Virus record (IMG/VR): IMGVR_UViG_3300031992_002320
DNA length: 64,000 bases
Strand: one strand, 5' to 3'
Source of the DNA: an uncultured virus (IMG/VR IMGVR_UViG_3300031992_002320)
Taxonomy: Duplodnaviria > Heunggongvirae > Uroviricota > Caudoviricetes
The notes under the pieces were generated by a model. That model searched no databases. It was not told where the DNA came from and saw only the letters and a program-made list of their open reading frames with translations. Position 1 is the first letter of the stretch. Each line of letters opens with the position of its first letter. Of the stretch, positions 1 through 9,994 are shown one piece after another. Both the position numbers and the translations under genes were made by a program.

Positions 1-573
1 GGTGAGCTCATGAAGGTGTGCAAGAGGGCTGCCGAGGATCCGGATCGACCTTATTTCCTTATCATCGATGAGATTAACCGTGGTAACACCTCGGCAATCT
101 TCGGTGAGATTTTCTCCCTTATGGAGCGTGAGCATCGTGGGGAGTCTATGGTTCTTAAGTATGATGCCTTGTCTTTGAGTATTCCGAAGAACCTTTATAT
201 CATCGGCACGATGAATACGGCTGACCGTGGTTTGCAGGCTCTTGACTATGCGTTGAGGCGTCGTTTTGCTTTCTATACGGTGCTTCCGGCGTATGGCAGT
301 CCCGCGTTTCTTGAGAAGATGAGGTCATACAACTGTCCTCGTTTGATGGAGGCTATCGCATCTATGCAGAGGCTCAATGCTGCGATTGCTGATGATCCTG
401 TTCTCGGTCCGGGGTATATGGTTGGTCATTCTTATTGGTTTGGTTATAAGACTTTCACTGCGAGTCAGGTGGAGGATATTCTGAAGTATGAGATTTGTCC
501 TCTATTGCAGGAGTATTGGTTTGATAGGCCTGAGGTTTATAGTATGTGGGAGCATATGCTGGGGGTGAGTTGA
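1..573 (+). CDS. mcrB: McrB-family AAA+ GTPase, C-terminal part (5' end outside window)
   Basis: Reading frame is open from base 1. Motifs FLIIDEINRGN (Walker B), NLYIIGTMNTADR (McrB NxxD signature), DYALRRRF and GHSY. Confidence 0.88.
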   Translation, partial: GELMKVCKRAAEDPDRPYFLIIDEINRGNTSAIFGEIFSLMEREHRGESMVLKYDALSLSIPKNLYIIGTMNTADRGLQALDYALRRRFAFYTVLPAYGSPAFLEKMRSYNCPRLMEAIASMQRLNAAIADDPVLGPGYMVGHSYWFGYKTFTASQVEDILKYEICPLLQEYWFDRPEVYSMWEHMLGVS

Positions 574-932
574 TGGTTTCGCATGGGTTTCTGAAAAAGT
601 TGGGGGATATCCTTGTTGATACCAATCCAAATGGGCTTGGTATTCCGCAGGGGATTTTCGAGCGTTATACCTTATATCCGGACGAGGTGCTTAGGCTCTA
701 TGTGGTGGATGAGGTATTCGATGCTTTCAAGGCCAAGTATGGTATTGTGGATAGCACTCTTTCGGATGGTGAGGCTTCCGAGGGTGCTGTACAGGTTTTC
801 AATAAAATCGTGAGTGGTATGCTCACACAGATTTGTGGTCAGATAGGTCTCAGTGTGGATGAGTTGTCTTGTCGGGTGGCTTGGGTTGGTCATATTGAGG
901 GGACCTTGTTCTGTGAGTCTTATCCGATTTGA
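573..932 (+). CDS. hypothetical protein between mcrB and mcrC-like genes
   Basis: ATG at 573 overlaps the mcrB stop (TGATG), suggesting translational coupling. No recognised motif. Confidence 0.6.
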   Translation: MVSHGFLKKLGDILVDTNPNGLGIPQGIFERYTLYPDEVLRLYVVDEVFDAFKAKYGIVDSTLSDGEASEGAVQVFNKIVSGMLTQICGQIGLSVDELSCRVAWVGHIEGTLFCESYPI

Positions 933-941
933 GGTGTTTGA

Positions 942-2447
942 ATGGGTGAAGTATTTGTTATTGAGGATGCCTATAGGCGTTATCTGATGAATATAGGTTT
1001 CACGCTAATGTGTAGTTTTGATGAGAGGGGCAGGTTTCCGCGTGGGATTTGGGACTGCCTCTCTATTTTGGGTATGGAGTCAGACAGTTATCGTGTGATG
1101 GAGGATGTGTTTGGTTTCTATGCCTTGCATTTGTTATCCAATGGTGCTGCTGTAGCGGAGTATCGTTTCCGCGATTGTGAGGGTGTTGTGCCGGCGGGTG
1201 AGCTTAATGTAGAGTCCTCTGTTATTGGTGGTGCCTTGATTGAGGGGCGTGTTTGTTATCGTGAGATGTATTTGGATAATGACACACCGTTGCAGAGGTT
1301 GCTTCGTGATGCGGTGGTCAGGTTTAGTCAGAATCTTGATAGGCTTCGTGGGGTTCTCGATTCCACCAATTCGGATGTGAAGGGTGACCTTAATACCTAT
1401 GAGGGTTATCTGGGCCGTATGAGAGCCAACATTCTCCGTTATGATAAGGGTGAGGGCAATCGCGGTGTTGTTGGCAGTGCGATGTCCATGTTTGCTCTTG
1501 GTAGTGAGAATATCAGTGTGAGTGGTTCTGTGGACGCTCTGCGTAGTCGAATCCTTGAGATGGGGTTTGATACCTCTTGGTCGCTTGGAGGCCATTCGAA
1601 TCGTTTGGAGCTCATTCAGAAGTGCATCGGTAGTCTTGGCAGTGGTCTGCTCTTGCGTTGGTTCAGGCTGTATCGTGATTTTATGACCTTTGAGGGTTAT
1701 GAGTATAATCTGTGGCCTAATCTTAAGACTTTGGAGGCACCTCGTTCCGTGGGTAGGAGTGGTTCAGAGGGGCTCTTGGTTCGTGATTGGCTCAAGTTTT
1801 TGAGAGGTGATTCTGCTGGTTTATCCGAGATGCAGTGTTTGCCTCGTTATATCCTTTTGGATGGTGCTGGGGCCTCGGATGTGGTGGCTTGGAGCCGTCG
1901 TTGTTTTATGGGGGATTGTTATTTCTCTGTTTTGTTTAGGGCGCTGGCTCTGAAGCTTGGTAGTGAGGACTTGCTCACTGGTACCTCTGCTTCTTCGCAG
2001 GTGGAGTTGTATAAGGTTGTTGGTGGGGTTCGAACCCTTATGAACAATGTTGAGGATCCGGTGAGATGTTATGCCGTTGGTAATTCCTATTTCCGTGGTC
2101 AGTGGGATGTGTTCACTGGTGGAGTGTTGGGTGTTGCGCTGCCCGAGTGGGTTTATCTCCGTGTGGGTATTGAGCCGGTGCGCCTCAGTGAGGTTGTTGG
2201 TCTTTTGCGTAATTATTTAGGGTTAACCGTTGCGAGTGGTGAGACTCTTTATGTCTTATGGGTGCTCAGTTGGAAGTCGATGCCGGTTGAGCTTCGTAAG
2301 GCGGTTAGTCCTCAGAGGGTTACGGGTGGTTTCTTGTACAGGAACACCATTTTCTGTGGTGATGTTTTCACTTATTACTTGGGTGGTTTAAATAATGCGG
2401 CTTGGTGTGGTCTCGGTCAATCTCATGAGAAGGGCCGTGATGCGTAG
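942..2447 (+). CDS. McrC-like protein, diverged; nuclease motif not evident
   Basis: GELNVESSV...RVCYREMYLDNDTPLQRLLRDAV resembles the conserved McrC N-terminal segment, and the gene lies downstream of mcrB. I could not find a clear PD-(D/E)xK motif. Confidence 0.45.
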   Translation: MGEVFVIEDAYRRYLMNIGFTLMCSFDERGRFPRGIWDCLSILGMESDSYRVMEDVFGFYALHLLSNGAAVAEYRFRDCEGVVPAGELNVESSVIGGALIEGRVCYREMYLDNDTPLQRLLRDAVVRFSQNLDRLRGVLDSTNSDVKGDLNTYEGYLGRMRANILRYDKGEGNRGVVGSAMSMFALGSENISVSGSVDALRSRILEMGFDTSWSLGGHSNRLELIQKCIGSLGSGLLLRWFRLYRDFMTFEGYEYNLWPNLKTLEAPRSVGRSGSEGLLVRDWLKFLRGDSAGLSEMQCLPRYILLDGAGASDVVAWSRRCFMGDCYFSVLFRALALKLGSEDLLTGTSASSQVELYKVVGGVRTLMNNVEDPVRCYAVGNSYFRGQWDVFTGGVLGVALPEWVYLRVGIEPVRLSEVVGLLRNYLGLTVASGETLYVLWVLSWKSMPVELRKAVSPQRVTGGFLYRNTIFCGDVFTYYLGGLNNAAWCGLGQSHEKGRDA

Positions 2448-2462
2448 TGTTCGGAGGTTTAT

Positions 2463-3407
2463 ATGGGTTGTTATAGGGACTTGGTGAATTCGGGTAAGTT
2501 ACATGACGGTCAGGATTTTAAGACTCGTTGTGCTGTCATTGATAGGGAGCTTGGTTTGAGGGATTCGCAGATGCAGGATGCCTTTAAGCATTTGATCATG
2601 CCCGTGGATACTGTGTCTGTTAATTTCGATAAGGTGGTTCTTACGAATGAGATTCGTGTTCAGTATGAGCAGTTTATGAATGAGTATAACCATCGTGAGG
2701 AGTTGCTTAGGATTGGGTATCCGCCGGCGAATCGTATTCTGCTTTATGGGGCGTCTGGTACTGGTAAGACCTTTTCTCTTAAGGCGTTGTCCAATAAGTT
2801 GGGTTTGTGTATGCTCTATGTGGATATCGGTAGGGCGTTGCTCACTGGTGTTGCGGATAATATCCGCAGTATATTTGACTTGGCCGAGTTTCTTGGTGAT
2901 GGTGTTCTGTTGTTCTTTGATGAGTGTGATGCCGTGGCTTGGGGGCGTAATACCTCGGAGTCTGGTAAGGATTCTGCGAGGACGGCCACCAATACCATCT
3001 TTCAGTGTTTGGATCAGATGGATCCCCACATTGTGTTTGCGGGTGCTACGAATATGCAGGCTCGTTTGGATACGGCCTTTGTTCGTCGTTTTGATTATCT
3101 GATTCGTTTTGAGAGACCTACCGAGCCCTTGCACAAGTTGTTTGAGCGTTTCTTGAAGCCCGATGTTAAGGTGGTTGATGATGTTAAGCCATCCACTCGT
3201 TCCATAATTGAGCGAAGATTTTTGCAGGCGCCCGATGCCTCGTATTACATGATAGAGGTGGCTGTGGGTAAGGCAGTTAAGGCTTCTGTGCTTAGGGATG
3301 AGGGTGCTTTTATGCACACCGCGGAGTTCTACGGTTTCATAGCACAGAGATTGCGTGTACGTACGGATACGGATTCGGAGGTGTCGGATGGTGAGGTTGT
3401 GCAGTAG
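2463..3407 (+). CDS. AAA+ ATPase (classical AAA clade)
   Basis: Walker A LLYGASGTGKT, Walker B LLFFDECD, sensor-1 GATN, second region of homology LDTAFVRRFD. GGAGG RBS upstream. Confidence 0.9.
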   Translation: MGCYRDLVNSGKLHDGQDFKTRCAVIDRELGLRDSQMQDAFKHLIMPVDTVSVNFDKVVLTNEIRVQYEQFMNEYNHREELLRIGYPPANRILLYGASGTGKTFSLKALSNKLGLCMLYVDIGRALLTGVADNIRSIFDLAEFLGDGVLLFFDECDAVAWGRNTSESGKDSARTATNTIFQCLDQMDPHIVFAGATNMQARLDTAFVRRFDYLIRFERPTEPLHKLFERFLKPDVKVVDDVKPSTRSIIERRFLQAPDASYYMIEVAVGKAVKASVLRDEGAFMHTAEFYGFIAQRLRVRTDTDSEVSDGEVVQ

Positions 3408-6400
3408 GAGTTATGCGTCAGATAAAGAGTTCATCTTGCACACGCTTCAGGCGTTGTTGGATGGTGGTTATATAGGTGTTGTAGGTGCGCCCGTCTCGGA
3501 TGTGAAGACAGCGAATTATAGGCACTTGAGATACAGGCTTTTGGTTGATAAGTCTGCTATCCCGGAGCCGCTTCGTCACTTTCTCATTCCGATGGTGGGC
3601 TATTTTAGTGTGGATGCCTCGAAGTATGATAAGTGGGATCTTAATCAGATTCAGGACTTGGTGAGTGGTAAGACTGATGAGGTGCGTAGGCCTGTTAATG
3701 GTTGGAGAGTTCCGATTTGGGATGTTGCGGAGATGGGGAGTGTCATTTTCTATGATGCTTTCGATGCTTTCTTTGGTTTGGATGATAAGTTGGGCTATAT
3801 GAAGTTTTCGCTGGCAACCGAGTTTAAGGGTTTTATTGATTCTTGGTTGGCTGCGGTTGGGATGGATGATTCCATCATTAGAGCCGATGGTAAAAATTTC
3901 TGTTATAGGGAGTCGGGTGTTCCCAATTTTACCGCTGGGAATTTCTGTGGTTTCTTTGGGTATGTTCGTAATGGTGATCAGATGGGCAATTCATATTATG
4001 CTCGTATGAGTCGCCCGTTTGTTGGTGTGCGTTTCAAGGATCCTCTTCCGGGGAATAAGGGGAAGTTGTTTGATGGGCGCTATATGTATGGTACCTTGGA
4101 TGAGAGTGAGTTCATAGGCCTTCGTCTGGCGAAGTTGGATGGAGGTGCCTATAAGGCTCCGGATGCTTACGATGATTACAATGTCACCTTGTCGTTCCCT
4201 ATGATGAGTTTTGGGGATTGTGAGAAGGGTTATAAGCCGGATAAGTCTTTGAAGAAGACCGCTACAGATACCAAGGAGCTTGCGTATAAGATGTTCTCTA
4301 CGAGTAGGTGGGGGCTGAAGGATACTCGTGATATTACGGGTGAGGTGCTCTGTAGTGATTTTACCTCTGGTATCGATAGTTTCCGTTTTCTTACCCATCT
4401 TCGTTCTGGTTTGCCCTTTACAAGGGTGTTTTCATCTAATATCTCTGGGTATCGTGTGGGGGGTAAGCTCGATGCTAAGGGTAATGCCATCTGCATGAGT
4501 TGTGGTAGAGGTATGCGCAGCATCGTATCCTATGCGGCGTATGGCTGTGGGTATCGTGTGTTATACAAGGATTCTGTTCTGAAGACCTTGTTTGAGGATT
4601 ATCTTGGTTTCAAGTCTTTGCGTGATTTCATCAATGGTTGTGAGGGTGTATCTGGTTATTCAAAGGTGCCCGAGTATACCATTGATGAGTTCTTGGTTTT
4701 GGCTTCTTGGTTCATTTGCACCTATCATCCGGAGATTTCCATTAGTTGGATGACGCGTCTGTGTGCGGATCAGTGGTTGTGTGATGTTGCTGGTGCGATG
4801 AAGGTTTTCGGTGTTGATTATGATACTGATGTAGCTGGTATCCGTTGGGCCATCAAGCTTTGGATGTTCAGTAATTTCAGTGTTGTGCCGGCTACGATGT
4901 TTAGTCGTAGTGCCGCAGATGTTAGTGGTGCCGGTGGAGTTGGTAGTTCTGGTGTAGCGGCGTTCACATCCGTTTTGGAGCCGTGTGGTGATAAGTACAA
5001 GGTTTTGGCGGATCCCGTGAATACGGATGAGTGTACCTTGCTTTTGGTTGGGGTTAACACAGTAAATGATGCCTCTGCGGGTATCTTGAATGTGCCTAAT
5101 ACCTATACCGAGAAGGGTAAGACTTATCGTGTTACTGGGTTTGGTATTGGTAGCAGCCTTGGGGCTGACATTGATAAGGTTGCCGGGGTTGTGTTTGGTA
5201 GCAACTTACATAAGTTGTATTCTCATACCTTGGCTTCTGATGCAGCGGCTTCCGTTGGTTTTACAAGTTCTCATAGTTTGGGCTATGTGGACTTGTCAGC
5301 GTGTGTCAATCTTGATTTCATCGGCAGTAAGTTCTTTGAGGGTTGTGAGTTCCTTGATTTTAGATTCCCGGTTGGGACCAAGGATCTCATCATTGAGAAC
5401 TATGCCTTCAGATTTTGTAAGTTTAGGCAGGAGAACTTGAGGGTTGAGTGTCAGCAGGTAGGTTCTAATGCCTTTAGGGATTGTGTATTCCGTACGGATG
5501 GTGCGGTTCTTGATGTTCATGCCGCTAAGGTTGGTCAGAATTCCTTTAGGGGTGTGAAGGTGTCATCCCTTACCCTTGATGGTAGCCTTATTGAGGAGAT
5601 CAATGCGGATGGGCTTGGATCCGTTGATGGTGTTATTTCTGTAGGCAACATGCCAATTTGTAAGTATCTTGCCCGTGGTGTGTTTAGGAATGACCGATTC
5701 TCTGATGTTGAGATTGTCATCGGTAAGGATGACGTTCCTTTGAGTTTGGGTGGAGCCTTGTTTGATTGTGTTACCGGTGGTGGTACGGATGATAAGCTGA
5801 AGGTAGTTCTTCGTCCTATGGAGGTCTCTGCGGACCGAGGAGTCTTTGTTGGTAACCTCAGTAATGTGGAGTTCTGTGTGCATATCAATACCCCGGTTGA
5901 TATCGTTTGCAATGGTCGTATTCCGGGAGGTCACACCCATATCGAGAGTGGTGTTAGGGATTTGTCAGTTCTTTGGGGCATGGTTTGTGCTGCCGAGGCA
6001 TCAAAGCTCAGTGATCTGGAGACGATGTGTAGGTCTGGCCTTGATATGTATGCTAATGGTGTTGCCTCATTGCTTGCGGAGCAGAAGCCTTTGACTATTG
6101 ATACTGTTACTGGTTTGGATGCTGGGGTTCTTGGAGATTATTCCGGGGCCGTGTTTGAGGATCCGATTGGTGCCACGAGGCTTTCTTATCTTGTGGGTGG
6201 TCTTACGGAGATGGAACATCATAAGCTTGATGTGGATGTCATCGAGGCCTTCCGTGATGATCATGACTCTAATAATTTGTATTCCGTTGATACAGAGACT
6301 TATATCTATAAGCTGAAGTCGCGTGATGGTTCGTCTGTTTCTTTGGAGGTGGCTGATACCGCGTTGACTTCCATCACAGCTTTTGGGATTTGTCTTAGAT

Positions 6401-7842
6401 ATGTGGTGTTAACTGTTTTGAATGATGATCCGAATGGGGTTGATGAGCCTGTTTGGGGATTCTGGAATTATGGAGGTGCTAAAGATGGTGATTTGTATGT
6501 TTTGTCTTATGCTGATTCTCGCAGGGTACTTAAGGATTCATTGGGAGATGGATCAGGTTCAGCCGGTCAGGGTTCGCAGACGTTAATTTCCAAGGCGGCG
6601 GATGTTCCGTTCTTTGATGTTAAGGGGTTGCGTGTTCCGTTCTTTGGTTTGGGTGATGGTGTCCACGATGGTTATCATGCACTTAACATGAATCTCACCG
6701 ATGATGAGTTCGCAAATCTCATAAGTGCGTATGTGCGTGAGGGTATCGTGTGTGGTGTTGCTGGATCCGAGGAGTATCTGGTTACATTGCCCGTGCTTAG
6801 TTTTTCGGGCTGGAGATGCATCTCACAGAGTGATGGCTGGTTCGTAACGAGTATGGTTCAGGGTGCTGATGGTTTGAATTCCCTTAATAATGGCATTCAC
6901 TCTCGCAATAATGGGGAGCTTACGAAGGCTCTTATGAAGCTTGGGACAGCGCCCGTTAAGGGCACTGCTGGAGTTGCGTCGTCGATGCATACGATAGCCT
7001 TGTATGGTGGTTCTAATGGTGGTACTGGTTGGACAGTTGCTACCTTGGATGGTTTGGTTGGCGAATATCTAATGTTGGCGGAGCCGGACCGTAAGGTTGT
7101 GGGTACGGAGAACTCTCGTAACACTTTGGATGATGGTAATACCTTGATAGTGTATGCTTCCGAGAATCGTATGGCGGCGTCTGGTGGTGCTGCAGTTAGG
7201 TTGGGTAATGGTACCTACGCTTATAAGGTGTACGATACCGCTGGTAAGCTCATCCGTTGTTATTTGAGTTTCATGCCTTTTGAGTCATCGGAGTCCGATG
7301 TCACGAGTTTGAAGAGTGAGATCCTTGGTATTCGTGCAAGTTATGGGGATCATGCGGGGGCCTTTACAGGGCTTCATATGAAACCCGATCTTGGTAATTC
7401 CGCATTGAGCAGGTTCATCGCATTTAAGGATGACAGGTGTCGCACAGCCTTTAATCATAGGGTTGGTGTTCCCGGAGTTGGTACGGATGGTTATGTTTCT
7501 GTATCGGTGTTCTTGGATGCTGTTACGGGTTATTGGTGTTACCGTATCGATGAGACTGGTGATGTTCTGTTCTATGTCCGTAATGTGGTTGAGTTCATGA
7601 GGGTTCTGTTAGCCCGTAAGGGTGCTGCCGAGGGGCGTGATAGGTATACCTTTACTGCTCGTTTGGATGACCTTATCCGTGAGTCCATCCATCTTGATGG
7701 GTTGAAGCAGCCGGTTCTTACGGATGATAGTCCTCTCGCGGCTTACTGGGACATTCAGGATGGCAAGAGGGTACCTGTTGTGGTTTCTGGTGGTCTTGCC
7801 CGCGATATGCTGGGTAATTATGGCAAGGGGCTCTTGTGTTAG
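3388..7842 (+). CDS. large (~1480 aa) protein with central BspA/LRR_5-like repeats
   Basis: Overlaps the ATPase 3' end. Central LNVPNTY...YRVTGFG, IENYAFRFC, QVGSNAFRDC and KVGQNSFRG resemble TpLRR/BspA repeats. The rest is unrecognised. Confidence 0.55.
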   Translation: MVRLCSRSYASDKEFILHTLQALLDGGYIGVVGAPVSDVKTANYRHLRYRLLVDKSAIPEPLRHFLIPMVGYFSVDASKYDKWDLNQIQDLVSGKTDEVRRPVNGWRVPIWDVAEMGSVIFYDAFDAFFGLDDKLGYMKFSLATEFKGFIDSWLAAVGMDDSIIRADGKNFCYRESGVPNFTAGNFCGFFGYVRNGDQMGNSYYARMSRPFVGVRFKDPLPGNKGKLFDGRYMYGTLDESEFIGLRLAKLDGGAYKAPDAYDDYNVTLSFPMMSFGDCEKGYKPDKSLKKTATDTKELAYKMFSTSRWGLKDTRDITGEVLCSDFTSGIDSFRFLTHLRSGLPFTRVFSSNISGYRVGGKLDAKGNAICMSCGRGMRSIVSYAAYGCGYRVLYKDSVLKTLFEDYLGFKSLRDFINGCEGVSGYSKVPEYTIDEFLVLASWFICTYHPEISISWMTRLCADQWLCDVAGAMKVFGVDYDTDVAGIRWAIKLWMFSNFSVVPATMFSRSAADVSGAGGVGSSGVAAFTSVLEPCGDKYKVLADPVNTDECTLLLVGVNTVNDASAGILNVPNTYTEKGKTYRVTGFGIGSSLGADIDKVAGVVFGSNLHKLYSHTLASDAAASVGFTSSHSLGYVDLSACVNLDFIGSKFFEGCEFLDFRFPVGTKDLIIENYAFRFCKFRQENLRVECQQVGSNAFRDCVFRTDGAVLDVHAAKVGQNSFRGVKVSSLTLDGSLIEEINADGLGSVDGVISVGNMPICKYLARGVFRNDRFSDVEIVIGKDDVPLSLGGALFDCVTGGGTDDKLKVVLRPMEVSADRGVFVGNLSNVEFCVHINTPVDIVCNGRIPGGHTHIESGVRDLSVLWGMVCAAEASKLSDLETMCRSGLDMYANGVASLLAEQKPLTIDTVTGLDAGVLGDYSGAVFEDPIGATRLSYLVGGLTEMEHHKLDVDVIEAFRDDHDSNNLYSVDTETYIYKLKSRDGSSVSLEVADTALTSITAFGICLRYVVLTVLNDDPNGVDEPVWGFWNYGGAKDGDLYVLSYADSRRVLKDSLGDGSGSAGQGSQTLISKAADVPFFDVKGLRVPFFGLGDGVHDGYHALNMNLTDDEFANLISAYVREGIVCGVAGSEEYLVTLPVLSFSGWRCISQSDGWFVTSMVQGADGLNSLNNGIHSRNNGELTKALMKLGTAPVKGTAGVASSMHTIALYGGSNGGTGWTVATLDGLVGEYLMLAEPDRKVVGTENSRNTLDDGNTLIVYASENRMAASGGAAVRLGNGTYAYKVYDTAGKLIRCYLSFMPFESSESDVTSLKSEILGIRASYGDHAGAFTGLHMKPDLGNSALSRFIAFKDDRCRTAFNHRVGVPGVGTDGYVSVSVFLDAVTGYWCYRIDETGDVLFYVRNVVEFMRVLLARKGAAEGRDRYTFTARLDDLIRESIHLDGLKQPVLTDDSPLAAYWDIQDGKRVPVVVSGGLARDMLGNYGKGLLC

Positions 7843-7869
7843 GAGTGTAAATTTCATATTCTGTGATTT

Positions 7870-7910
7870 AGGGCCGTTCCACTTTGTATTTCATTGTGGG
7901 ATGGCCTTTT
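7870..7910 (+). terminator. intrinsic terminator-like hairpin
   Basis: AGGGCCGTTCCAC-loop-GTGGGATGGCCT (with GU pairs) followed by Ts, just after the 7842 stop. Confidence 0.55.
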
Positions 7911-7978
7911 AGGTTGTCACAGGTGCTCAAATTTGAGGGTTTGGGCACTTATGTGTGGATTTTTATGGAGGTTTGATC

Positions 7979-9550
7979 ATGAAGTTGTTATTCTCCTTGT
8001 TTTTGTGGTTGTGGATGGCCGCACAGGGGCCGATTAGTGGTCTCTTGGGTGGTATTTATGGGTATACGGCAATATCGGGCCAGAAATCGGTCACAGAGGT
8101 CTCAAGGGTGACTGTAAATTGTGATATTGGTTTCGGTAGGCTGGGAAGTTCCCTTGATTTGACCGATTGTGTGGTTATGAAGGGTGATACAGTGCTCGTT
8201 ATGCCCGAGGAATCCAAGGTATCGGGTGTTTGGGGGCTGGATGCTGTTGGAGATGGTGAGTATTTGAGTTTTACTTGGGGGGATACTCATAGTGTCACTA
8301 CTGGGTTCATTACCTCTGCGAGTGGTGACAATTACAAGACTATGGTTTTGGAGGCCTGTGGGTATGATCCGGTATCCTTTATGTCAAGTGGTGGGGGCAA
8401 TTACAAATATCGTGATTCCGCGGCTGGGTTGGATTATCTGCTTAATCTGATTACGACCACGGATGGTACGGGTTGTATTTGGACCTTATATCGTTGGGAT
8501 TATACCCGTGTGAGCAATGTCTTTACTGGGTTTGGTTATACAGGTTTTGACTATTCACAGCACTATGCGGGTGTGGCTTCTGCGGGTAGTCATGATTACT
8601 TGTTTGGTGTAGGTGATGGTGTTCACGGTGGCACCTCGGATAATGTGCTGCCTTGGACTGTTGGTGTGGATGGTAACTACTATGACCTTGGTGGTATTGC
8701 CTTGAAGGATATGCAATCCGCTGGTTGGGAGGTTACCAATTGGGGTATGCAGAATGGTGTGGTACCCGATTTGAATAATGTGTTGAAGAATGGTGTGGTT
8801 CTGACCATCAGTATGCATAATAACGATACCACTTTGGATGTGCTCTATAAGGGTGATGGTGTTACCGCCTTGGGTTCTCTTAAGGCCTTTGGTTATGATT
8901 TCGATAATCGTGTTCAGAGTGCTGGTGGTATCACTGGTATTAAGCCCGAAGGTCAGCAGTATCAGACGGCGGATGCTGCCATTGCCTCTACTGGTGGTAA
9001 GCACTATCGTAAGGTGCTTGAGGATGGTGTTTATCACTACTACGAGGTTGAGTCCGGTGAAGAGGTTACGGAGGATGTCTTTGAGGCCGCCTTGGGTGTT
9101 GGTTCAGCTTCTGATAATACTGCGGATGATGGTGTATCCGCTGATGCTCTGTTGGTAGCTGATGCCGAGGATTCTGATGAGGAGTCGGATGTGGAGGATG
9201 CCGAGGAGTCAGATGTGGAGGATACTGAGGAGCCGGATGAGGCAGATACTGGGGAGCCGGAGGATACTGGCACACCCGATGCTGTGGTTACGGCGCCTAC
9301 AGAGGATGATTTCGATGTTCAAAATCCCGATTCTGTTACGGAATCCGAGGTTGGTTTCTATTTTCTTAAACGAGGCATTTCCGAGTGGCGTTTGAATTCG
9401 CTCTTGGAGGTGTTTGGTACGAGAGGTACTTATACAATGTCACAGGCCGGGGATCTTACCGTGATTTCTTGGGAGGTTTCTGGTATTAAGACTGAGATAA
9501 CAGTGAATGCTAATTCGGGCGGTATTGAGCGTCTGAGTTGTAGATGGTAG
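7979..9550 (+). CDS. secreted/surface acidic protein with Asp/Glu-rich repeat linker
   Basis: GGAGG RBS. N-terminus MKLLFSLFLWLWMAAQG is signal-peptide-like. Acidic low-complexity tract near the C-terminus. Confidence 0.65.
   Translation: MKLLFSLFLWLWMAAQGPISGLLGGIYGYTAISGQKSVTEVSRVTVNCDIGFGRLGSSLDLTDCVVMKGDTVLVMPEESKVSGVWGLDAVGDGEYLSFTWGDTHSVTTGFITSASGDNYKTMVLEACGYDPVSFMSSGGGNYKYRDSAAGLDYLLNLITTTDGTGCIWTLYRWDYTRVSNVFTGFGYTGFDYSQHYAGVASAGSHDYLFGVGDGVHGGTSDNVLPWTVGVDGNYYDLGGIALKDMQSAGWEVTNWGMQNGVVPDLNNVLKNGVVLTISMHNNDTTLDVLYKGDGVTALGSLKAFGYDFDNRVQSAGGITGIKPEGQQYQTADAAIASTGGKHYRKVLEDGVYHYYEVESGEEVTEDVFEAALGVGSASDNTADDGVSADALLVADAEDSDEESDVEDAEESDVEDTEEPDEADTGEPEDTGTPDAVVTAPTEDDFDVQNPDSVTESEVGFYFLKRGISEWRLNSLLEVFGTRGTYTMSQAGDLTVISWEVSGIKTEITVNANSGGIERLSCRW
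9161..9270 (+). repeat. imperfect 24-nt tandem repeat encoding acidic units (EESDVEDA/EESDVEDT/EEPDEADT)
   Basis: gaggagtcggatgtggaggatgcc / gaggagtcagatgtggaggatact / gaggagccggatgaggcagatact. Confidence 0.7.
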
Positions 9551-9563
9551 GAGGAGTTAGGTT

Positions 9564-9992
9564 ATGTGGGTTGGTTATTGCTTAGCTTGTAAGAAGGGGT
9601 TTCGTTTTCAGACTGAGATGCAGGCGAAGTCAGCGGTGTGTACGCACTGTGGTGGAAAGTTATCCAACATCAAGTCTGATACGCCCGTAGCGGAGCCGGT
9701 TATTAACGATACTGTTGAGCAGCAGCCGGTGGCTGTGGAGCCTTTTGTTTCCGCGAGGGATGAGGATGGATCTGTGGTGAGAAGTTTACTTGTGGAGCTG
9801 CTCTGCAGTATTCCTATTATGGGTTTCATCGTTTTGCTTTTGGGTGTGTTGCGTGGCGCTGGTCATAACGGGTTGCTCGCTAAGGCTGGCATTGCATATA
9901 AGGCTGTTGTGGGCCGTTTGATTTGGAGGGTTTTGGGTGATATTTGCTTTGTGCTTAGTTATTTAGCACTTTATAGGTATGGAGGTATGTAA
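9564..9992 (+). CDS. zinc-ribbon membrane protein
   Basis: CLAC...CTHC at the N-terminus, two hydrophobic segments at the C-terminus. Confidence 0.6.
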   Translation: MWVGYCLACKKGFRFQTEMQAKSAVCTHCGGKLSNIKSDTPVAEPVINDTVEQQPVAVEPFVSARDEDGSVVRSLLVELLCSIPIMGFIVLLLGVLRGAGHNGLLAKAGIAYKAVVGRLIWRVLGDICFVLSYLALYRYGGM

Positions 9993-9994
9993 TT

